A stretch of DNA of 31,450 nt, taken from the IMG/VR virus record IMGVR_UViG_3300012953_000119, positions 1 through 31,450 of that record; one strand, given 5' to 3'. Under the pieces are notes generated by a model. That model was not told the origin of the DNA, made no database searches, and worked only from the letters and a program-made list of their open reading frames with translations. The position numbers were made by a program, and so were the translations under genes. The DNA comes from a virus (taxonomy: Duplodnaviria > Caudoviricetes). This document shows positions 1 to 5,351 of the stretch, in pieces (position 1 is the stretch's first letter; the number at the start of each line of letters is the position of its first letter).

Positions 1-1
1 A

Positions 2-226
2 CAATTCGGTAGGCACTTCTGGATCTCTTATGATGGAGATTTTTGCAGTTGCCCAACTTTCATTGATGGCACACCTGATAGAGCAAACACTGATTACCTT
101 GAAGAGTGGTGTGGTGATGATCTCACAATCCTTGAGTTTAATGAGATTGTAAAAATCTATCAACGCCTTCTTGCAAGAAAGAAATCAGGTGTAGGAGGAT
201 GGTTAGATAATATCATCTTTTCTTAA
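2..226 (+). CDS. 3' part of a small early hypothetical phage protein (5'-truncated by window)
   Basis: Frame 2 is open from the window edge: QFGRHFWISYDGDFCSCPTFIDGTPD...GGWLDNIIFS*, TAA at 224-226. A promoter/hairpin element follows immediately, as for the other early ORFs. Confidence 0.7.
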   Translation, partial: QFGRHFWISYDGDFCSCPTFIDGTPDRANTDYLEEWCGDDLTILEFNEIVKIYQRLLARKKSGVGGWLDNIIFS

Positions 227-232
227 GATTTG

Positions 233-265
233 AGGGGGTTACAATGCCCCCTTACATGCTACAAT
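233..265 (+). promoter_or_regulatory. Early sigma70-like promoter with stem-loop over the -35 region
   Basis: AGGGGG(233-238)/CCCCCT(247-252) inverted repeat; GTTACA at 238-243; extended -10 TGcTACAAT (TACAAT 260-265); ATG at 290. Confidence 0.7.
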
Positions 266-289
266 TAACTTAAGTTCAACTTCAAAGCA

Positions 290-427
290 ATGAACAAAAC
301 ACTTCAAATCAATTCTGAAGAACTTGCAATCCTCACTGAGTTATTTTCTGAGGTTGCTGCTCTTGAGTATCCTATCTCAGAAACATCAGAATTTGATGCC
401 CTTTGGGATAAGGTGTGCCAGTTATAA
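290..427 (+). CDS. Small acidic early hypothetical protein, 45 aa (MNKTLQINSEELAILTELFSEVAALEYPISETSEFDALWDKVCQL)
   Basis: Hand-translated, below the ORF-track cutoff. It fills the gap exactly between two promoter elements. Confidence 0.75.
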   Translation: MNKTLQINSEELAILTELFSEVAALEYPISETSEFDALWDKVCQL

Positions 428-474
428 TACTGGCACAACGGGGGTTTACAGATCCCCTTTCAAAACTGTACAAT
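414..474 (+). promoter_or_regulatory. Early regulatory element: 9-6-9 palindrome + GC hairpin + sigma70 promoter
   Basis: Perfect TGTGCCAGT(414-422)-tataat-ACTGGCACA(429-437); GGGG(441-444)/CCCC(454-457) around TTTACA(445-450); TACAAT at 469-474 (18-nt spacer). Confidence 0.8.
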
Positions 475-502
475 ATTAACATACCAATCAAAAGGAGCAA
501 AC

Positions 503-733
503 ATGCATCTTCAAAACCTTGGCAACAATCAAACACAGATTAACTACAAGGATGGTACACAGGTTTTCTTTTCCTATAATACACCCGTAGCGTGTAGAAC
601 ACCCGATTACGATTATTATAGAACTGCAACCAAGTGGAGCGTTACAACTTCACGCCACATTAACAAGTGGTTAGATGGCGTTACAGCAAACGTAGTGCCG
701 CAGGATTTCTTCACAAATCTAACTGCTGGTTAA
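503..733 (+). CDS. Small early hypothetical phage protein, 76 aa (FFSYNTPVA...WSVTTSRHINKWL)
   Basis: ORF track; AGGAG RBS at 493-497; promoter upstream. Confidence 0.85.
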   Translation: MHLQNLGNNQTQINYKDGTQVFFSYNTPVACRTPDYDYYRTATKWSVTTSRHINKWLDGVTANVVPQDFFTNLTAG

Positions 734-777
734 CTTTCACAACAATGAGTGGCAACTCCTCCCTGAGTTGCTATTAT
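733..777 (+). promoter_or_regulatory. Early regulatory element (half-site + hairpin + extended -10)
   Basis: ACTTTCACA(733-741) resembles the right arm ACTGGCACA and lies 30 nt before the -10; GCAACTC(752-758)/GAGTTGC(765-771) hairpin; TGcTATTAT (TATTAT 772-777). Confidence 0.65.
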
Positions 778-800
778 ACAAATATCAGGTGAGATTCCAA

Positions 801-935
801 ATGCCAAACCGTTTCAATGATTACATTTCCGATGATGCTATTGCAGCACTTATGGAAGATGCCATTTCAGAAACTCTTTCTGATGAAACCAAAAAGGATT
901 TAGATGATTACCTGAAATCACCCAATGATTTCTAA
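801..935 (+). CDS. Small acidic hypothetical protein, 44 aa (MPNRFNDYISDDAIAALMEDAISETLSDETKKDLDDYLKSPNDF)
   Basis: Hand-translated; ATG just downstream of a -10 box, AGGTGA upstream; abuts the next ORF as TAA-ATG. Confidence 0.7.
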   Translation: MPNRFNDYISDDAIAALMEDAISETLSDETKKDLDDYLKSPNDF

Positions 936-1070
936 ATGAAACCAATTACTCTCAAAAGCACTAAGGCACAAATCTTTGATGCCTTACAAAATGTTAAGGA
1001 TGTGAGAGAGGAGCGTAACGCCCTAGCAATCCTTAGTATAGTATTATTCACCACTACTTGCCTTTTTTAA
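936..1070 (+). CDS. Small protein with C-terminal hydrophobic anchor, 44 aa (MKPITLKSTKAQIFDALQNVKDVREERNALAILSIVLFTTTCLF)
   Basis: Hand-translated; TAA-ATG junctions on both sides; about 16 hydrophobic or uncharged C-terminal residues. Confidence 0.7.
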   Translation: MKPITLKSTKAQIFDALQNVKDVREERNALAILSIVLFTTTCLF

Positions 1071-1211
1071 ATGCAACCTCTAACCCAAGAAATCTACGCA
1101 GCACTCCAAGAGAATGAGCGTAGGCAGCAGCAGTTAGTTCTGATTGATGGGCATCATAGGAAGGCATACGCTCAACCCTTGAGAAGAACATCAATCTTAA
1201 ATGATTATTAA
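1071..1211 (+). CDS. Small hypothetical protein, 46 aa, with an IDGHHR motif
   Basis: Hand-translated MQPLTQEIYAALQENERRQQQLVLIDGHHRKAYAQPLRRTSILNDY*; followed by a terminator. Confidence 0.6.
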   Translation: MQPLTQEIYAALQENERRQQQLVLIDGHHRKAYAQPLRRTSILNDY

Positions 1212-1220
1212 GAGTTATAA

Positions 1221-1255
1221 AACCCCCTTCACAGGGGGTTCTTTTTTGGTATAAT
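1221..1255 (+). terminator. Intrinsic terminator overlapping the next sigma70 promoter
   Basis: AACCCCCT-tcac-AGGGGGTT (1221-1240) then CTTTTTT; TTCACA(1228-1233) spans the loop; TGgTATAAT (TATAAT 1250-1255). Confidence 0.8.
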
Positions 1256-1280
1256 AAAAGAGTAATAAGCAATCATTCAA

Positions 1281-1460
1281 ATGAGCAGCATACACAACGA
1301 AGCATTAATGGAAACATGCTTTGAGCAAGCGTGGGAGCAGTTCCGCACTCATAACAAACTAACTCCTGAGATGATGGAAGAGTTATGTTCTATAAGCACT
1401 GGTACAGTTCAGCATATAGAAAGAACAGCACGGATGATGTTTGAGAGTGCCAGTAATTAA
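1281..1460 (+). CDS. Small early protein, 59 aa, possible XRE/Cro-like helix-turn-helix
   Basis: Hand-translated MSSIHNEALMETCFEQAWEQFRTHNKLTPEMMEELCSISTGTVQHIERTARMMFESASN*. The ORF is well supported by flanking elements; the HTH call is pattern resemblance only. Confidence 0.7.
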   Translation: MSSIHNEALMETCFEQAWEQFRTHNKLTPEMMEELCSISTGTVQHIERTARMMFESASN

Positions 1461-1505
1461 ACTGGTACATAAAACCCCTAAAGTGCCCCCTTCTATGTGT
1501 ATAAT
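1447..1505 (+). promoter_or_regulatory. Early regulatory element: palindrome + -10 box
   Basis: GTGCCAGT(1447-1454)-aattaa-ACTGGTAC(1461-1468); TATAAT at 1500-1505. Confidence 0.75.
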
Positions 1506-1511
1506 GAATAC

Positions 1512-1709
1512 ATGAACAATTTTAATCAAACCGCTTTTAATCCTTCTTTCCCATACACAGTGGTATGCCCATCTGCTCCCTTTGAGAATACAATCAAAAA
1601 AACACTTGATGAGTGTTGGGGGTTATGCCTCGGTTTATCCGAAGAGTACGGATACGCTGCCGTATATTATGGTGCTTGCCTAATGGGTGAGTACACTAAT
1701 GGGCAATAG
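1512..1709 (+). CDS. Small Cys/Tyr-rich early hypothetical protein, 65 aa
   Basis: ORF track gives 1497..1709, but reading from the GTG at 1497 runs through the -10 box (1500-1505), so ATG 1512 is preferred. Confidence 0.75.
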   Translation: MNNFNQTAFNPSFPYTVVCPSAPFENTIKKTLDECWGLCLGLSEEYGYAAVYYGACLMGEYTNGQ

Positions 1710-1757
1710 TTAAACTGCCACATGCCATTCCCATTCGTGGGGGTGGCATACTATTAT
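1699..1757 (+). promoter_or_regulatory. Early regulatory element: degenerate palindrome + UUCG hairpin + -10 box
   Basis: ATGGGCAAT(1699-1707)-agttaa-ACTGCCACA(1714-1722); ATGCCATTCCCA-ttcg-TGGGGGTGGCAT (1722-1749); TATTAT at 1752-1757. Confidence 0.7.
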
Positions 1758-1782
1758 ACTCTTATACACAAACATTTTCGCC

Positions 1783-1983
1783 ATGAGTTTCACAGTACCA
1801 ACAACCGAAATTGAAGTAAACGGAAGAGTATGGAAGGTTTCACGCCTTCGCACTGCTCACGGTGCTAAAGCAAATAAGTGGGTGAATCAGATTAAGGGAG
1901 GCAGCAGCAGAGTGCGTTGTGCTTCTAATAACGGCATTACCTCTAATACAGTTGCCACTGCGTTGGGAGATGTGAAGGGTTAG
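1783..1983 (+). CDS. Small basic early hypothetical protein, 66 aa
   Basis: ORF track; downstream of a promoter element; last gene of the array. Confidence 0.75.
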   Translation: MSFTVPTTEIEVNGRVWKVSRLRTAHGAKANKWVNQIKGGSSRVRCASNNGITSNTVATALGDVKG

Positions 1984-2145
1984 GGCATAGGCAGTTCGTG
2001 CGTGTTTTGGCAGTGCCCCCGTGGTTGGGGGGTTGCCGCCCCCGCCCGTGTTTAAAAAAGCATAACTACCCTAACCTACAAAGTGTTACGAAAGCGAGAG
2101 ATATCAAAATTTTTTTCGCTGTTAAAAAACCCCCACAGGGTCGAC
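1984..2145. other. GC-rich structured non-coding region at the early/middle boundary
   Basis: No credible ORF; G/C-run hairpin at 2009-2037, second stem at 2093-2120, and A/T tracts. Base composition drops downstream. Confidence 0.5.
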
Positions 2146-2174
2146 TTGCAAAACATTCTTAATTGATATATAAT
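2146..2174 (+). promoter_or_regulatory. sigma70-like promoter
   Basis: TTGCAA(2146-2151)-17 nt-TATAAT(2169-2174). Confidence 0.75.
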
Positions 2175-2196
2175 GGAAAAGACAAATACGATCATA

Positions 2197-2370
2197 ATGC
2201 AAAAAAATTCCGCAGAAGATAAACGCCCTATAGAAGTTGATACAGTATCTGGAGAATATTATGTTAGAATTCCTGAATGGGTTATTAATGATCAAGGATG
2301 GTTTGAAGATACAGAAGTAGGATTTAAAACAGATGGCGATGAACTCATTATCACCGAATACACCAACTAA
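2197..2370 (+). CDS. AbrB/MazE/SpoVT-like DNA-binding protein
   Basis: GEYYVRIPEWVINDQGWFEDTEVGFKTDGDELIIT fits the swapped-hairpin pattern. The track start at 2173 overlaps the -10 box, so ATG 2197 is preferred. Confidence 0.7.
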   Translation: MQKNSAEDKRPIEVDTVSGEYYVRIPEWVINDQGWFEDTEVGFKTDGDELIITEYTN

Positions 2371-2530
2371 AACATTTCACATATACTTAAGAGATGAAGT
2401 CTTATTTAAAGACTTAGATCAATATGAGTTTGATCTTATATGGGGAAGAATATACAAGTCATACTATAAGGATGATTTAACTTATGAAGAAATAAATTTT
2501 GATAGTGATGTATTGGATGGAAGTTATTAA
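2333..2530 (+). CDS. Small acidic hypothetical cyanophage protein
   Basis: ORF track (start could be 2339); coupled to the next gene by TAATG; resembles ORF 4545..4709. Confidence 0.75.
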   Translation: MAMNSLSPNTPTKTFHIYLRDEVLFKDLDQYEFDLIWGRIYKSYYKDDLTYEEINFDSDVLDGSY

Positions 2531-3114
2531 TGGAAACATTTGAAGTATTTGATAATCATCTAGAAGAAGATTATTTTGAACATATAGAGAATAAATTAAA
2601 TCATTGTTGGTGGTCACTACAGGAAGAGGTTGCTTACAGAGGTGATAATGAAGCAGTAGATGATGCATTTTATTTTGTTCATCCTATCTTTGAGCATAAT
2701 CATCAACAGAGTGATATGCATGATGTGTTATCTACTTTCTATACTTCAATTGGTATGAGAGCAATTATAAGAGTAAGAGCATTAATGTATATGAATCAAG
2801 GAAGGCAGTTAGTACATAGTCCACATATTGATATGCATTATTCGCATAAAGCAGCATTGTTTTATATGAATGATAATGATGGTTTTACCTTAATGGCAGA
2901 TGAAGGTGTAGATATTAATGCATGTCAAGATAAAGAATTTAAATCGCCCATAGAGTTTACTCGAAAAGATAATGGTGGTGATATATTTCAACAACAACTT
3001 AAATGTATGAGTAAGAGAAATAGGTTGTGTATACATGATGGTAGTCGTCCACATTGTAGTAGTACTCCTACGAATACAAAGAAAAGAGTATTAATTGCTG
3101 TAAATTATTTCTAA
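2530..3114 (+). CDS. Putative 2OG-Fe(II) oxygenase
   Basis: HxD (PHID), LFYMNDNDG strand, distal His (DGSRPHCS) and C-terminal RxxIxxN (RVLIAVNY). Confidence 0.75.
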   Translation: METFEVFDNHLEEDYFEHIENKLNHCWWSLQEEVAYRGDNEAVDDAFYFVHPIFEHNHQQSDMHDVLSTFYTSIGMRAIIRVRALMYMNQGRQLVHSPHIDMHYSHKAALFYMNDNDGFTLMADEGVDINACQDKEFKSPIEFTRKDNGGDIFQQQLKCMSKRNRLCIHDGSRPHCSSTPTNTKKRVLIAVNYF

Positions 3115-3737
3115 TGGATCCAAATCTAATTGAATCTTTTTCTTCTGCTCCTATCTTAGCATATGATTATAAAGGAGATCTTGAAAAACTTTTTGAATAT
3201 ATTCAAACTTTAGAGTATGACCAAGAGGTTGGTGGTAATTGTAAGAGTGTAGATAGGTATATTCTAAAACATGATGAATTTAATGATTTAAATCAATGGT
3301 CATTGGAATGCATACAAGATTATACTAAAAAGGTTTGTGGAAGTGATCAGTCTATATTAATGGAACAATCTTGGGTAAATGTAAACAAACCTGGTCAAGC
3401 ACATCCTGCACATCTTCATAGTAATAGTTTCTTAAGTGGTGTGTTTTATATTGCATCTGATCAAGATAAAGGATCACCTATTCGTTTTCATAATAATCTA
3501 AGGAACTTTCTATATTCTTTTGAAGATACAATAGGAAAGGGTACTTATAATCCATATATGACAAGTGGTCGTGATGTAGCATCTATACCTGGTACACTTT
3601 TAGTCTTTTCAAGTCAACAAGTACATAGTGTTCCTGTGAATGAATCAGAATATAATAGAGTTAGTATTGCTTTTAATACCTTTCCAAAATTACCTATTGG
3701 GTGTAATATTAGTTTAAACAGAATAGAAAGGCAGTAA
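3114..3737 (+). CDS. Putative 2OG-Fe(II) oxygenase, TIGR02466-like
   Basis: SWVNVNKPG..HPAHLHSNSFLSGVFYI...GTLLVFSSQQVHSVPVN...RVSIAFN matches this family's motif layout. Confidence 0.85.
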   Translation: MDPNLIESFSSAPILAYDYKGDLEKLFEYIQTLEYDQEVGGNCKSVDRYILKHDEFNDLNQWSLECIQDYTKKVCGSDQSILMEQSWVNVNKPGQAHPAHLHSNSFLSGVFYIASDQDKGSPIRFHNNLRNFLYSFEDTIGKGTYNPYMTSGRDVASIPGTLLVFSSQQVHSVPVNESEYNRVSIAFNTFPKLPIGCNISLNRIERQ

Positions 3738-3739
3738 TT

Positions 3740-3760
3740 ACCGAACTTCACCGAACTTCA
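3740..3760 (+). repeat. 10-bp tandem duplication (ACCGAACTTC)x2
   Basis: Directly visible, immediately upstream of a -35 box. Confidence 0.9.
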
Positions 3761-3789
3761 TTGACGTTATAAGTAAATTGATGTATAAT
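3761..3789 (+). promoter_or_regulatory. Near-consensus sigma70 promoter
   Basis: TTGACG(3761-3766)-17 nt-TATAAT(3784-3789); ATG at 3812. Confidence 0.85.
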
Positions 3790-3811
3790 ATTGACGTAAT
3801 TACATAACGTT

Positions 3812-4567
3812 ATGGGAAAAGGATTTACAGTTAAAGCGAAATCTCCCGTTGTCAAAAAAGAACCTGAGTGGGACTATGAGAAGGCAAAGGAGATGATAAA
3901 GGGGAAGACAGTAGTATTCTGTCTACCAGGAAGAGGAGTATCATATACCTTTTTGAAGAGTTTTGTACAGCTATGCTTCGATCTGGTACAAACTGGAGCA
4001 AGTATCCAAATCTCTCAGGATTACTCATCAATGGTCAACTTTGCTCGATGCAAGTGCTTAGGTGCTAATGTATTGCGTGGACCTGATCAGAAACCTTGGG
4101 ACGGACAGTTAAAGTATGATTATCAACTCTGGATCGATAGTGATATTGTATTCAACACTGAGAAACTTTGGCAAGTTCTTTTAATGGATCAGGATATCGC
4201 TGCTGGTTGGTATTGCACTGAGGATGGTAAGACTACTTCAGTTGCTCATTGGATGGAAGAAGATGATTTCCGTTCTAATGGTGGTGTTATGAACCACGAA
4301 ACCCTCGAAAGCATCTCGAAAAGAAAGAAACCATTTACTGTAGATTATACTGGATTTGGATGGACACTTATTAAGAATGGTGTATTTGAACATGAAGAGA
4401 TGAAGTATCCTTGGTTCGCTCCTAAGATGCAAGTCTTTGAATCTGGTGAAGTACAAGATATGTGTGGTGAGGACGTTTCCTTCTGTTTAGATGCTAAAGA
4501 AGCAGGCTTTGAGATCTGGTGTGATCCTAGAGTACGTGTTGGACATGAAAAAACAAGAGTTATATAA
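3812..4567 (+). CDS. GT-A fold (GT2-like) glycosyltransferase
   Basis: DYQLWIDSDIVF (DxD), TGFGWTLIK, GEDVSFC and WCDPRVRVGH are typical GT-A motifs. Confidence 0.8.
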   Translation: MGKGFTVKAKSPVVKKEPEWDYEKAKEMIKGKTVVFCLPGRGVSYTFLKSFVQLCFDLVQTGASIQISQDYSSMVNFARCKCLGANVLRGPDQKPWDGQLKYDYQLWIDSDIVFNTEKLWQVLLMDQDIAAGWYCTEDGKTTSVAHWMEEDDFRSNGGVMNHETLESISKRKKPFTVDYTGFGWTLIKNGVFEHEEMKYPWFAPKMQVFESGEVQDMCGEDVSFCLDAKEAGFEIWCDPRVRVGHEKTRVI

Positions 4568-4709
4568 CATCTATGAGGGTGATAAGATTCTTTTTGAGAA
4601 TCTCACCCAAGATGAATATTTTAATGCTATGGAGGATCTTGCATATGAATACTATGACAATGGTTCTCATGATCCACAAAATTTAAGAACTGAAATTAAG
4701 CAAGTTTAA
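4545..4709 (+). CDS. Small acidic hypothetical cyanophage protein
   Basis: ORF track gives 4491..4709; the internal ATG 4545 (MKKQELYNIY) gives a smaller overlap with the glycosyltransferase. Confidence 0.7.
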   Translation: MKKQELYNIYEGDKILFENLTQDEYFNAMEDLAYEYYDNGSHDPQNLRTEIKQV

Positions 4710-4711
4710 TT

Positions 4712-4858
4712 ATGGCAAAATTCAAGCAAAGTCTAACTGGAACTACATTTGTAGAGACAGTCCCGAAAAAAACTCGTCAAGGAAGAGGAAAACATTCAAA
4801 ATATGCCGCCTCGTCTCGAAATAAAGCACCCAAAAGGTATAGAGGGCAAGGAAAATAA
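4712..4858 (+). CDS. Very basic 48-aa protein ending KRYRGQGK
   Basis: Hand-translated MAKFKQSLTGTTFVETVPKKTRQGRGKHSKYAASSRNKAPKRYRGQGK*; starts just after the upstream stop and is followed by a terminator. Confidence 0.8.
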   Translation: MAKFKQSLTGTTFVETVPKKTRQGRGKHSKYAASSRNKAPKRYRGQGK

Positions 4859-4860
4859 CC

Positions 4861-4898
4861 AAAAAAGACTCGGATTTAGTTATCTGAGTCTTTTTTTT
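4861..4898 (+). terminator. Intrinsic (potentially bidirectional) terminator
   Basis: AAAAAAGACTCGGA-loop-TCTGAGTCTTTTTTTT. Confidence 0.85.
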
Positions 4899-4908
4899 GT
4901 CTAACCTC

Positions 4909-4936
4909 TATAAATAAATGGAGATAACAATAAATA
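4909..4936 (+). promoter_or_regulatory. T4-type late (gp55) promoter(s)
   Basis: TATAAATA at 4909-4916 and AATAAATA at 4929-4936, upstream of gp25. Confidence 0.85.
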
Positions 4937-4945
4937 TACCTTTTA

Positions 4946-5347
4946 ATGGCAGTAAAACGTACATCTCAAGCGTTTAAAGATATTAGTTTATCTTTTGTAC
5001 CACATCCTGTAACAAAAGACCTAGTAGTCTTAAATAATGAACGTGCCATTGTAAGGTCTGTTAGAAACTTAGTTGAAACTATTCCAACTGAAAGATTTTT
5101 TAATTCTTCTCTCGGTACTGATGTACGTGCAAGTTTATTTGAAAACTTTTATCCAACAATTAAAACTGTTATAAAAGATCAAATAATAGAAACCATAGAA
5201 AGATATGAACCAAGGGTTGAGAATTTGGATGCACAAGTAGATCCTGGTTATGATATGAATACTTTGAATATAACAGTATTTTTTGAAATTCGTGGTATAG
5301 AAGCACCTGCACAACAATTTTCGTTCCTTTTAGAACCTACAAGATAA
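4946..5347 (+). CDS. gp25: Baseplate wedge subunit gp25
   Basis: FKDISLSF..HPVTKD, SVRNLVET.PTERFFNSSLG and IERYEPRV motifs; 133 aa; directly before gp6. Confidence 0.92.
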   Translation: MAVKRTSQAFKDISLSFVPHPVTKDLVVLNNERAIVRSVRNLVETIPTERFFNSSLGTDVRASLFENFYPTIKTVIKDQIIETIERYEPRVENLDAQVDPGYDMNTLNITVFFEIRGIEAPAQQFSFLLEPTR

Positions 5348-5351
5348 TAAT

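Noticed and set aside
423-428. TATAAT in the palindrome spacer as a promoter -10
   Set aside because: Other copies have AATTAA and AGTTAA spacers, and the positionally conserved -10 lies about 30 nt past the right arm.
1054-1272. Minus-strand 72-aa ORF from the track
   Set aside because: It runs antisense across a + strand minigene, terminator and promoter that fit the array pattern; shadow ORF.
414-1722. Palindromic repeats as a CRISPR array
   Set aside because: Copies are degenerate and separated by whole genes at irregular distances of hundreds of bp; no cas genes.
3773-3786. NtcA-like site GTA-N8-TAT in the GT promoter
   Set aside because: One mismatch to GTA-N8-TAC, and the TAT is simply the -10 box; likely chance in AT-rich DNA.
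2477-5317. Minus-strand ORFs 2477-2668, 4238-4456 and 5135-5317
   Set aside because: Antisense to well-supported genes, with no motifs or expression signals.
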